Notes under the pieces: generated by a model
The model's database searches: none
What the model saw: only the letters and a program-made list of their open reading frames with translations
Told to the model about the DNA's origin: nothing
Assembly: GCA_041486695.1 (NCBI GenBank)
Contig: JBGPLZ010000001.1
Span: 60,913 to 124,912 of the forward strand
DNA from: Acidobacteriota bacterium
Lineage (GTDB): Bacteria; Acidobacteriota; Polarisedimenticolia; Gp22-AA2
Length of the DNA stretch: 64,000 nt
Direction: 5' to 3'
Made by a program: the position numbers and the translations under genes
Part shown: in pieces, positions 1 through 8,900 of the stretch
Position numbering within the stretch: position 1 is the first letter of the stretch
Layout: every line of letters begins with the position of its first letter

Positions 1-149
1 GCATGTTGTCCGCGGCCGACTCGGCTGTCAATCCCGCAGCCGACATGGAGCCACTCCATCTCCCAGGACGTCAGCCTGCGCCCCTACCGGATCCTCCGCT
101 CCCTCGTGCTATATTGGCCCGCGTGTGCGTGGTTGGCCATTATTTCGCG

Positions 150-1568
150 ATGCGGCGCCGGCGGCTCTGTGCGGTGGTCGCTTTCACCGTGGGCCTGGCG
201 CTGCCCACGCTCGACGCCGCTGCGGATTCCTCACCGGTGGCGGAGCGAATCGATTCGGGACTCCTTTCCCTTCACCAGGGCCTCTACGGCCGGGCCGAGG
301 GAATCTTCCAGTCCGCGGCCCTGGCGGCGCCGGATGATCCCGAGCCCCAGCTCTTCATCGCCTTCGACCGCTGGTGGCGCATCCTGCTCGAGGAGCGGGG
401 CGGCCGTGAGAACGATGCCTCGTTCGATGCCGCGGTCGACGCAGCCATCGGACTCGCCGACGCGCGATTGGCAACGGCACCGGACGATCCTCGCCCCATG
501 GCCGCCGCCGGCGCAGCCAGAATCCTGCGCTCGCACATGGAAGCGATGCACCACAACTACTTTCGCGCGGCTCAAGAGGCCCGTCGTGGCAAGAAGATCC
601 TCGAAGCGGCCCTCAAACGCGATCCGACCGCGAACCCGGCCCTGTTCGCCCTCGGGGCGCTGAACTACTTCGCCGACAAGGTCCCCGCCATCGTGAAAGG
701 GCTGCGCGCCCTGCTGTTCCTTCCTGGTGGAGACGCCGAGCTGGGCCTGACGCAGCTCAAGACCGTCGCCTCCTCGAGCGGCCCGTTTCGCACCGATGCG
801 CGCCTCCTCCTGGCCATCCTCCGGGGCAGCCGGGAGGAGGCTTGTTTCGAGGAATCGATCCAGGCCCTGCGGGAGACGCTGGGTGAGAATGCGGGCTCGC
901 CTCTCATCCTGGGCTCGATCGGCGAGATCCAGATGCGCATGGGGGATTATCCGGCGGCCGCGGCCAGCTTCGATGAGGCTCTGGGCTCCGCCGGGGGCGA
1001 GGATCTCGATCGGGCGCGCCAGCGTCGCTTTCTCCGCCCCGCTCTGGCCGAGGCGCTGGCGGCCGACTGGCGTCTGGAGCGCGCCGCCGAGATCCTGCGC
1101 CAAGCCGATGCCGATCCGGGACCGATGTCGCAAGCGGCCCGCCGGGCACGCGGCAGGGTGGAACGCGACCTCGATTCCAGGCGGGAGAGCGCCCCGCCGG
1201 TGGTGCTGCGCGCCCTCGAAGCCGGTCACCGGACGGAGGCGATCGAGTCCTTGAATGACGCGATCGCCGCGACCCCGGACAGGGCGTCGATGCTCTTCCT
1301 GCGCGGCCACCTGTTTTTTCTGGAGGGACAGCGCATCCAGGCGCAGGCTGACCTGGAAGCTGCGGATCGGCTGGCCTCCGATCCTCCCGCCTGGATGGAA
1401 GGCTGGACGCAGATCGATCTGGGTCTCATCGCCAGGCAATCGGGCCACGAGCGGGCGGCGCGATCCCACTTCCACCGGGCGAGCGAGGTCCGGAGCTTCC
1501 GGTCGGACGATCGCGGAGTCCTGGAGATGAATGCGGGAGCTGCGCGCAACCCGGTCTGCGGCCCCTGA
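150..1568 (+). CDS. TPR-like repeat protein with N-terminal signal peptide (hypothetical)
   Basis: ORF 3..1568. Internal Met at 150 begins MRRRRLCAVVAFTVGLALPTLDA (signal-peptide-like). Ala/Leu-rich helical repeats. The ORF has no upstream stop in the window, so the gene could start before coordinate 1. Confidence 0.45.
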   Translation: MRRRRLCAVVAFTVGLALPTLDAAADSSPVAERIDSGLLSLHQGLYGRAEGIFQSAALAAPDDPEPQLFIAFDRWWRILLEERGGRENDASFDAAVDAAIGLADARLATAPDDPRPMAAAGAARILRSHMEAMHHNYFRAAQEARRGKKILEAALKRDPTANPALFALGALNYFADKVPAIVKGLRALLFLPGGDAELGLTQLKTVASSSGPFRTDARLLLAILRGSREEACFEESIQALRETLGENAGSPLILGSIGEIQMRMGDYPAAAASFDEALGSAGGEDLDRARQRRFLRPALAEALAADWRLERAAEILRQADADPGPMSQAARRARGRVERDLDSRRESAPPVVLRALEAGHRTEAIESLNDAIAATPDRASMLFLRGHLFFLEGQRIQAQADLEAADRLASDPPAWMEGWTQIDLGLIARQSGHERAARSHFHRASEVRSFRSDDRGVLEMNAGAARNPVCGP

Positions 1569-1581
1569 GGTGCGAAGGGTC

Positions 1582-2400
1582 TCAGCGCTTCAAAGCCCGC
1601 AGCACGCGATCAACATAGAGGATGGTCTCGCGGAAGGGCGGAATGCCGCTGAAACGCTCCACCGCCTCCTCGCCGGCATTGTAGGCGGCCAGGGCCAGAC
1701 GTCTCTGGCCGCTGTAGCGGCCGAGCAACTCCTTGAGGTAGCGCACGCCGCCATCGATGTTCTCACTCGGATCGTAAGGATCCCCGACGGCAAAACGCGC
1801 CGCGGTCTTGGGCATCAGTTGCATCAGACCGATCGCACCACGCGGCGAGACCGCACGGCTGTCGTATCGGGATTCGACCTCGATCACCGCGAGCACCAGC
1901 CGCTCCTCGACCGCATATTTTCGGGCGATCTGGGCCGCCAGGCTCTCGATGTCGGCGCGACCAGGAATGGCATCAGAGGTGAGGGGCCCGGGGTGCGCAC
2001 CGAGGGTCAGGGGACGACCTGCCGGCATGGCCGGACCGGGCACGACGGGCGGCGCCGGCATCTCCGCAGCCGGCCTGGTCTCGGCAGGTATCGGCTCGGT
2101 CGCCATGGCCGTACCCTCGACCACCCGTCTTTCCTGGACGCTGTCCTTCTGGACTGACAGCACCTGGCGGTTGTCGAGCGACAGCTCTCCCCCGCCTTCG
2201 ATCATGAGGACGATTCGCTCGCCTTCGAGGCGGTACCCCGACACCGCGATCGTTCTGCCATTGCGGAGGTGGGCCATGTCGGCCCATGCCGCGGGGGCGA
2301 GGCACACCGCAACCCCAGGCACCAGGAGGGCCAGTCGGCGGAACGGGAGTCGTCGCGAAGGCCGCATTGGCCTGAAGTATACGGTGAGCCCCCCCTTCAA
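1582..2400 (-). CDS. lytic transglycosylase (SLT domain) with signal peptide
   Basis: SLT catalytic motif ...ESRYDSRAVSPRGAIGLMQLMPKTA...AYNAGEEAV. N-terminal hydrophobic leader. Start could be Met 2400 or Met 2367. Confidence 0.75.
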   Translation of the reverse strand: MKGGLTVYFRPMRPSRRLPFRRLALLVPGVAVCLAPAAWADMAHLRNGRTIAVSGYRLEGERIVLMIEGGGELSLDNRQVLSVQKDSVQERRVVEGTAMATEPIPAETRPAAEMPAPPVVPGPAMPAGRPLTLGAHPGPLTSDAIPGRADIESLAAQIARKYAVEERLVLAVIEVESRYDSRAVSPRGAIGLMQLMPKTAARFAVGDPYDPSENIDGGVRYLKELLGRYSGQRRLALAAYNAGEEAVERFSGIPPFRETILYVDRVLRALKR

Positions 2401-2416
2401 GCAATGCCTGCCTGCG

Positions 2417-4165
2417 TCAACGCCGGCGGAACTCCTTCTCGAGCTGTGCGAGCGTGAGACGGAGCAGGACGGGACGGCCGTGCGGACAGGTCATCGGACT
2501 CGCCGTCCGCATCAGGTCGTCCACGATCCGCTGCATTTCCTCCGGACCCAGCGCGTGACGGGCGGTGACCGCCGCGTGGCAGGCCGCCGTGGCGACCAGC
2601 CGATGCGTCAACCGTTCGACTCCTTCGCTCTTTTCCCATTCCAGGGTTTCGTCGAGCAGCTCGCGGACCAGCCGGCCGACGGCGGCGACCGGCACCAGCG
2701 CGGGCACCTCATCGATCCGAAGCACTCCCTCCCCGAACCTGACGACCCCGAACCCGAGGGCCTGAAGCGCCCCGGCCGCGTCCCCGAAGGCCACACATTG
2801 GGCCGCCGTCACCTCGGGCGTCAGTGGGAAGAGCAGCCTCTGCCGCTCCACCTGCCCCCGTCGTGCCTGGCCGATCAGCTTGTCGTAGAGAACGCGCTCG
2901 TGAGCGGCATGCTGGTCGAGGATGAGCAACCCCTCCGGAGAGGATGCCAGGATATAGGACTCAAGGAACTGCGCCAGCGGCGCGATCGGGATCGTGTCCA
3001 GGAGGGGAGCCAGCGCCTCGCTCGGACCCGTCTCGTCGCCCCGGCGCCGGGCCGCTGCCTCGGAGACCGGAACCTCCGTCGATCCTCGATCCGGCGAGGA
3101 GGGCCAGGGGTAGCCGGACTCGCCCGGAGAAGCCTCCATGACGGCATGCGGAGCTTCCGCCAGGCGCGGAAAAACCCGGGAGTCCTGGAGTGCTTTTAGG
3201 AGGGACTCCCGCACCAGGTCGTGGATCGCGCCGGGCTTCAGGAAGCGAACCTCAGTCTTTGCCGGATGCACGTTGACATCGACCTGGTCCGGAGGCACTT
3301 CCAGGAACAGATAGACCACCGGATAGCGCCCACGCGGCAGGAGCGTCGCATATGCCGCCTGGACCGCATGCGCGATGCGCCGGTCGCGCACCGGTCGCGC
3401 GTTCACATACAAGCGCACCTCGCGCCCCGTCGAACGGTGCAGGGAGGGCGAGGAAGCGAGTCCATGGAGCCGAATCCCGCCCAGGCGGCCCTCGACCGAC
3501 AGGAGCGAAGCCGACGCGCCGGGGCCGAGGATTTGTGCCACTCGTTCCCGGGCCGAGGGCACCGGTCCCCAGGAGGCCAGGTCGCGCCCTTCGCTCGTCA
3601 GCCGGAAGCCGATGGCCGGTTGCGCCGCCGCCAGCGCAGCCACCAGGTCGGCGATTCGAGTGGTTTCGCTTGCGGCGGAGCGCAGGAATTTGCGACGCGC
3701 CGGGGCGTTGTAGAAGAGCGCCTCCACCTCGACGGTCGTCCCGCGAGGGTGGGCGGCCGGCATCGAACGCGTCACCTCTCCCCCGGCGATCTCCAGACGC
3801 ATTCCGCCCGCGTCGCCTCCGGGTGACGTGGTCAGGACGAGACGCGACACCGAGGCGATCGACGGCAGCGCTTCGCCGCGAAACCCGAAGCTGGTGATCT
3901 CCAGCAGGTCGTCCGCGGAGCGGAGTTTGCTCGTGGCGTGCCGCTCGACCGCCAGCAACGCATCGTCCCGCTCCATGCCGCATCCATCGTCGGCCACCCG
4001 GATCAGGTCCGCGCCGCCGCCCCGGATGTCGATCCCGATTCGCGAGGCTCCGGCGTCGAGGGAGTTCTCGAGCAGCTCCTTGACGACGGAGGCCGGTCTC
4101 TCGACCACTTCGCCCGCTGCGATCTGATTCGCGACCTGAGACGCCAGAACCCGGATCAGGCCCAT
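2417..4165 (-). CDS. mutL: DNA mismatch repair protein MutL
   Basis: GHKL ATPase N-terminus MGLIRVLASQVANQIAAGEVVERPASVVKELLENSLDAGA. C-terminal dimerisation domain. Start taken at the internal Met (4165) that aligns with the canonical MutL N-terminus; the ORF extends to 4255. Confidence 0.85.
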   Translation of the reverse strand: MGLIRVLASQVANQIAAGEVVERPASVVKELLENSLDAGASRIGIDIRGGGADLIRVADDGCGMERDDALLAVERHATSKLRSADDLLEITSFGFRGEALPSIASVSRLVLTTSPGGDAGGMRLEIAGGEVTRSMPAAHPRGTTVEVEALFYNAPARRKFLRSAASETTRIADLVAALAAAQPAIGFRLTSEGRDLASWGPVPSARERVAQILGPGASASLLSVEGRLGGIRLHGLASSPSLHRSTGREVRLYVNARPVRDRRIAHAVQAAYATLLPRGRYPVVYLFLEVPPDQVDVNVHPAKTEVRFLKPGAIHDLVRESLLKALQDSRVFPRLAEAPHAVMEASPGESGYPWPSSPDRGSTEVPVSEAAARRRGDETGPSEALAPLLDTIPIAPLAQFLESYILASSPEGLLILDQHAAHERVLYDKLIGQARRGQVERQRLLFPLTPEVTAAQCVAFGDAAGALQALGFGVVRFGEGVLRIDEVPALVPVAAVGRLVRELLDETLEWEKSEGVERLTHRLVATAACHAAVTARHALGPEEMQRIVDDLMRTASPMTCPHGRPVLLRLTLAQLEKEFRRR

Positions 4166-4203
4166 CGGCGCGGCCTTCCTGAACAGACGGGAGACATCGG
4201 CTT

Positions 4204-5217
4204 CTAGGCCCCCTCGACGTGCAGACGCTTCTTGCCGCGCGAATCGGTAATGCAATAACGCTCCACCGTCGGGAGCGTCTTTTCCAGCTTCGCGACGTGA
4301 CAGATCGCATCACCCGGGTTGACCATCGGCACGGTGGTCGTTCCGATGATCAGCCCGTTCAACGGAGAGCGGACGACCGACACCTCCCGGCCAAACGGGT
4401 TGGTGATCGAGGCGATCTCCTCCCCGGCGTAGATCAGCTCTCCCGGCCGCACCAGGACGTCGGCGATCCCCCCGCGCGGAGCCCGCACCCACTCCGATGT
4501 TTTCACCACGACCTGGAAGCGGGCCGCCTTGGGGGGGCCCTCCGTCATGCGGAGGCCGGCCAGGATGCTGTGGATCCCGGCCACGCCGCGGGCCACCAGG
4601 TTTCTCTGGAACCGGAAGGTCTCCCCCGCTTCGAAGATGATGGTGGGGATGCCGGCATGGGTCGCCGCCGCCCGCAGCGTCCCGGGCACTCCGCGCGAGT
4701 CGATGATGATCTCGATGCCGAAGGCCCGCGCCATCTTGCGGACCTGAGCATCGGACATTTCGGCACGGACGTGGGGTAGATTGGTCCGGCCGACGCTGGC
4801 GGTATGCAGGTCGACGCCGCAGGTTGCCCGTGAGACGATCTCCGTGAACAGCGTATGGGCGATGCGCGCCGCCGCGTTCCCCTCGGGATGCCCGGGGAAA
4901 TAGCGGTTGAGATCGCGGCGCCCCGGGAGGTAGCGGCTGTGGCTAAGGAAGCCGGCGCGGTTGGCCACCGGCACGCAGATCAGCGTCCCTCGCAGCCGCC
5001 CCGGGTCGATCCCGGTCATCACCCTCCGGACGATCTCCACGCCGTTCAGCTCGTCGCCGTGGATCGCGGCCGTCAGGAAGAGCGACGGACCCGAGCGGTG
5101 CCCGCGGACTACGGTCACCGGTACGTTGACCGGCGTGGCCGTGTAGTACTCGCTGACCTTCAGGAAGATCTGCTCGGTGGTGCCCCGCCTGATGGCCCGG
5201 CCCCCGAGGCGCAGCAT
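4204..5217 (-). CDS. succinylglutamate desuccinylase/aspartoacylase (AstE/AspA) family zinc hydrolase
   Basis: Zn-binding motifs AAIHGDELNG and VDLHTAS of the AstE_AspA family. Start placed at Met 5217, 10 nt downstream of the rimK stop. The ORF N-terminal extension (to 5406) is Arg/Ser-rich junk overlapping rimK. Confidence 0.7.
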   Translation of the reverse strand: MLRLGGRAIRRGTTEQIFLKVSEYYTATPVNVPVTVVRGHRSGPSLFLTAAIHGDELNGVEIVRRVMTGIDPGRLRGTLICVPVANRAGFLSHSRYLPGRRDLNRYFPGHPEGNAAARIAHTLFTEIVSRATCGVDLHTASVGRTNLPHVRAEMSDAQVRKMARAFGIEIIIDSRGVPGTLRAAATHAGIPTIIFEAGETFRFQRNLVARGVAGIHSILAGLRMTEGPPKAARFQVVVKTSEWVRAPRGGIADVLVRPGELIYAGEEIASITNPFGREVSVVRSPLNGLIIGTTTVPMVNPGDAICHVAKLEKTLPTVERYCITDSRGKKRLHVEGA

Positions 5218-5227
5218 GGGTGGCACG

Positions 5228-6160
5228 TCAGTCCCCCACCGGCGCGACGGCGCCCGCCAGCCGGCGGGCCCGCTGCCGCCGCCGCGCGAAGGAGACCGCA
5301 TACTCGATGATGGCCGACGCGACATCAAACCCGCTGCAGCGCTCGAGACCCTCGAACCCCGGCGTCGAGTTGATCTCCATGACTTTCGGGCCGTCGCGCG
5401 ACTCAAGCATGTCGACGCCCGCGAGCTGCAGCCCCATGACCCGGGTCGCCCTCAGGGCAGCGGCCTTGTAGGCTTCGGGAAGCTCGACCATCACCCCGGT
5501 GCCGCCGCGATGCACGTTGGAACGGAACTCGCCCACGCGCGCCTGGCGCCGCATCGCGGCCACGACTCGCTTGCCGACCACAAGGGCACGGACATCACGC
5601 CCCTCCGACTCCTCGATGAATTCCTGGATGAGGATCGTCATCCCCAGGCTCCAGAAGGTCTCCAGGACCTGTTGCATCATCTGCTCCGTCTCGGCCAGGA
5701 TCACGCCGATCCCCTGGGTTCCGCGCAGGAGCTTGAGGATGGCCGGCGGTCCGCCGACAATCTCGAGCGCCGCTTTCACTTGAGAGGGATGCCGCGCCAT
5801 GACCGTCTTGGGGATGTCCAGGCCGGCCCGGGCGAGGAGCTGCAACGATCGAAGCTTGTCCCGGGAGCGCGCGATCGGTTGGGATTTGTTCACCAGGGGC
5901 ACGCCCTGCATGTCGAACTGGTTCACCACCGCCAGGCCCCGCTCCGTGATCGACGCTCCGATCCTCGGCAGCACCACGTCGATCTCCGGCAACCGCCGCC
6001 CAAGGCCCCGATAGAAAAGGTTCGGCGCCCGTCGTCCGAGCACCAGATCACAGTGCAGCGGGTCCAGGATGAGGGTGTCGTGCCCGAGGCGGCCCGCGCT
6101 CTCCCGGAGCCGCCCGGTTGAGTAGAGGCTACGCTTGCGCGACAGGATGCCGATGAGCAT
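5228..6160 (-). CDS. rimK: RimK-family ATP-grasp alpha-L-glutamate ligase
   Basis: ATP-grasp fold with RimK-type motifs (IVKLLRGTQGIGV, EFIEESEGRDVRALVVG, MVELPEAYKAAALRATRVMGL..AGVD). 310 aa. Its start overlaps the ppdK 3' end by about 32 nt. Confidence 0.8.
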   Translation of the reverse strand: MLIGILSRKRSLYSTGRLRESAGRLGHDTLILDPLHCDLVLGRRAPNLFYRGLGRRLPEIDVVLPRIGASITERGLAVVNQFDMQGVPLVNKSQPIARSRDKLRSLQLLARAGLDIPKTVMARHPSQVKAALEIVGGPPAILKLLRGTQGIGVILAETEQMMQQVLETFWSLGMTILIQEFIEESEGRDVRALVVGKRVVAAMRRQARVGEFRSNVHRGGTGVMVELPEAYKAAALRATRVMGLQLAGVDMLESRDGPKVMEINSTPGFEGLERCSGFDVASAIIEYAVSFARRRQRARRLAGAVAPVGD

Positions 6161-8900
6161 AACCCGAACCTCCCGCGGCGCCCCGGCCGCCGCCCGCTCG
6201 TCGCCGCACTGCGCCCCCCCGCGGGCGGCGCCGCCCGGTCAACGAACCTTCGGCGATCGCGGCGTGCGCCGCGGCCAGACGGGCGATCGGGATCCGGTAG
6301 GGGGAACAGCTCACGTAGTCCATCCCGACGCGGTGACAGAAGGCAACCGACCGCGCCTCGCCGCCGTGCTCTCCGCAAATGCCGATCTTCAGGCCCGGGC
6401 GTGCCTCGCGCCCACGGGCGATGGCCCACTGCACGAGCTGCCCCACCCCCTCCTGATCGAGGGTGTGAAAGGGATCCGCCGCGAGGATCCCGAGGCGATT
6501 CTCGTCGACGTACTCGGGAAGGAAGTGTCCCGCATCGTCCCGGGAAAGAGCCATCGTCATCTGGGTCAGGTCGTTCGTGCCAAACGAGAAGAACTCCGCC
6601 TCACGCGCCAGCGCCCCCGCCAACAAGGCCGCGCGCGGAACCTCGATCATCGTCCCGACCGTATAGGCAATTCGGAGCCCCTGCTCGCCCAGGACACGGT
6701 CAGCCACTTCCCGGGTGCGCGCCGCCAGGAGAGCGATCTCCTTGGGGTCCATCACGAGCGGGTGCATGATCTCGGGCACCACGGGCACGCCGCGTCGATG
6801 CACCGCCGACGCCGCCTCGATGATGGCTCGCACCTGCATCTCGAGGATTTCCGGATAGGTGAGACAGAGGCGGCAGCCGCGGTGCCCAAGCATCGGATTG
6901 GCTTCGGCGAGCTGCGCGATGCGGTGGACGACCGTGTCGAGTGGCAGGTGGAGCCGCGCTGCCAGCGCCCGCTGGTCCGCATCGTCATGAGGCAGGAACT
7001 CATGGAGCGGCGGATCGATCAATCGGATGGTGACGGGACGCCCGCCCATCGCCTCGAAGATCCCTTCGAAATCCTTGCGCTGGATCGGCAGAAGACGCGC
7101 CAGGGCCTCCTCACGGGCCGCCCGATCGGATGCGAGGATCATCTCCCGAATCGCCAGCCGCCGCTCTTCGCTGTCGAAGAACATATGCTCCGTCCGGCAG
7201 AGACCGATCCCCTCCGCCCCCATCTCGATGGCCTTGCGGGCATCGTACGGCGTGTCGACGTTGGCCCGCACCCTGAGACGCCTGAAGGAGTCGGCCCAAC
7301 CCATCAGGACCTGGTAATCGGGCGGGAGCTCGGGCTGGATCAGCGGGATCGCGCCTTCGTATACCGCCCCGCTCGAGCCGTCGAGAGTCAGAGTCTGTCC
7401 TTCGGGGATGGTTCGCTGCCCCAGACGGACCGTCTTCCCTTCCAGGTCGATGGACAATGCCTCGCAACCGACGATGCAGGTCCTGCCCCAGCCGCGGGCC
7501 ACCACCGCAGCGTGCGATGTCTTCCCCCCAGTGCCGGTCAGGATTCCCTGCGCCACATGCATGCCGGCCACATCCTCGGGGGAGGTCTCGCGCCGCACCA
7601 GGAGGACCCGGCGGCCGCCCTTGGCCAGAGACTCGGCGGCGCGCGCCGTCAGGACGACTTCGCCGACCGCCGCCCCTGGAACGGCTGCGATCCCGGTCGC
7701 GAGCAACCGGGCATCAAGATCGGCGCGCGGTGTGGCAGGATCGAGAATCGGATAGAAAAGGCGCTCGACGTCGTCGGGAGTCACGCGCGTCACCGCCTCG
7801 GACCGCGTGATCACCTTCTCGCGCGCGAGATCGGCCGCGATGCGGAAGGTGGCGCGCGCCGAGCGTTTGCCGGTGCGGGTCTGCAATACGTAAAGTCGTC
7901 CGCGCTCGACGGTGAACTCGAGGTCCTGCATGTCGCGGAAATGCCGCTCGAGGAGAGCCCGGACGCGCTCCAGCTTGCGGTAGACGTTCGGCAGGTGCGT
8001 TTTCAGATCGGAAAGGCCGAGCGGAGTCCTGATCCCGGCCACGACATCCTCCCCTTGAGCGTTGGGAAGGTAGTCGCCGTAGAACTCGGGGGCTCCGGTG
8101 TTGGGATCGCGCGTGAACCCGACCCCCGTGCCCGAATCGTCCCCGAGGTTTCCAAACACCATCTGAACGACGCTGACGGCGGTGCCCGGGAGACCCGTGA
8201 TTCGTTCCACCCGCCGGTAGGTCACCGCCTTGGCCGCCATCCAGGATCGAAACACCGCCTCGATCGCGCCCCAGAGCTGTTCCTCCGGGTCCTGGGGCAG
8301 CGGCCGGCCGGTCTTCTCCTGAACGAACTGTTTAAGGCGATGGCAAAGCTCCTGCAACCCTTCTGCCGTGACCTCGGTGTCCCGGGTCACACCCAGCCGC
8401 TCTTTGGTCTCGCGGTAGAGACGGTCCATGTCCTCGCGGGGAAGGCCGAGGGCCACGCCCGCGTACATCTGCATGAAACGCCTGTAGGCATCGAACGCGA
8501 ACCGCGGATTGGCGGTGCGCGCAGCCAGGCCGGCGACCGAGCGGTCGTTGAGGCCCAGGTTCAGGATGGTCTCCATCATCCCCGGCATGGACCGCGCCGC
8601 GCCCGAGCGCACCGAGACCAGAAGCGGATCGTCCGGGTCACCGAAACGCCGGCCCGTAATGGACTCCAGGCGCTTCAAGTGGCGGCGCACCTCGGCTTCG
8701 AGCGGCTTCAGCCGTCCACGGCCATGCCGGAGGTAGATCGCGCAGGCCTCGGTCGTGATGACGAAGCCGGCTGGAACCGGCAGGCCGATGCGGGTCATCT
8801 CGACCAGGCCGGCGCCCTTGCCGCCGAGGAGATCGTGCCTGGCTCCCGTACCCTCGGCGCGGCCACCCCCGAAGAAATAGACTTGCTTTCGCGCTCTCAT
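6129..8900 (-). CDS. ppdK: pyruvate, phosphate dikinase
   Basis: Full-length PPDK: N-terminal ATP-grasp GGKGAGLVEM, central phospho-His domain (TGGKTSHAAVVARGWG), C-terminal PEP-utilising TIM barrel (GICGEHGG). ATGA overlap with the glyS stop. Unusual Arg/Gly-rich tail of about 40 aa. Confidence 0.9.
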   Translation of the reverse strand: MRARKQVYFFGGGRAEGTGARHDLLGGKGAGLVEMTRIGLPVPAGFVITTEACAIYLRHGRGRLKPLEAEVRRHLKRLESITGRRFGDPDDPLLVSVRSGAARSMPGMMETILNLGLNDRSVAGLAARTANPRFAFDAYRRFMQMYAGVALGLPREDMDRLYRETKERLGVTRDTEVTAEGLQELCHRLKQFVQEKTGRPLPQDPEEQLWGAIEAVFRSWMAAKAVTYRRVERITGLPGTAVSVVQMVFGNLGDDSGTGVGFTRDPNTGAPEFYGDYLPNAQGEDVVAGIRTPLGLSDLKTHLPNVYRKLERVRALLERHFRDMQDLEFTVERGRLYVLQTRTGKRSARATFRIAADLAREKVITRSEAVTRVTPDDVERLFYPILDPATPRADLDARLLATGIAAVPGAAVGEVVLTARAAESLAKGGRRVLLVRRETSPEDVAGMHVAQGILTGTGGKTSHAAVVARGWGRTCIVGCEALSIDLEGKTVRLGQRTIPEGQTLTLDGSSGAVYEGAIPLIQPELPPDYQVLMGWADSFRRLRVRANVDTPYDARKAIEMGAEGIGLCRTEHMFFDSEERRLAIREMILASDRAAREEALARLLPIQRKDFEGIFEAMGGRPVTIRLIDPPLHEFLPHDDADQRALAARLHLPLDTVVHRIAQLAEANPMLGHRGCRLCLTYPEILEMQVRAIIEAASAVHRRGVPVVPEIMHPLVMDPKEIALLAARTREVADRVLGEQGLRIAYTVGTMIEVPRAALLAGALAREAEFFSFGTNDLTQMTMALSRDDAGHFLPEYVDENRLGILAADPFHTLDQEGVGQLVQWAIARGREARPGLKIGICGEHGGEARSVAFCHRVGMDYVSCSPYRIPIARLAAAHAAIAEGSLTGRRRPRGGAVRRRAGGGRGAAGGSGYAHRHPVAQA

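Noticed and set aside
231-1475. 414-aa minus-strand ORF and other long ORFs antisense to pth/rplY (25669..26877), mnmA (50868..52109), lgt/rluD (57027..58400), the lipoprotein (59975..61336) and the SBP (40891..41946)
   Set aside because: All overlap better-supported genes on the opposite strand and show Arg/Gly/Pro-rich low-complexity translations with no recognisable domains.
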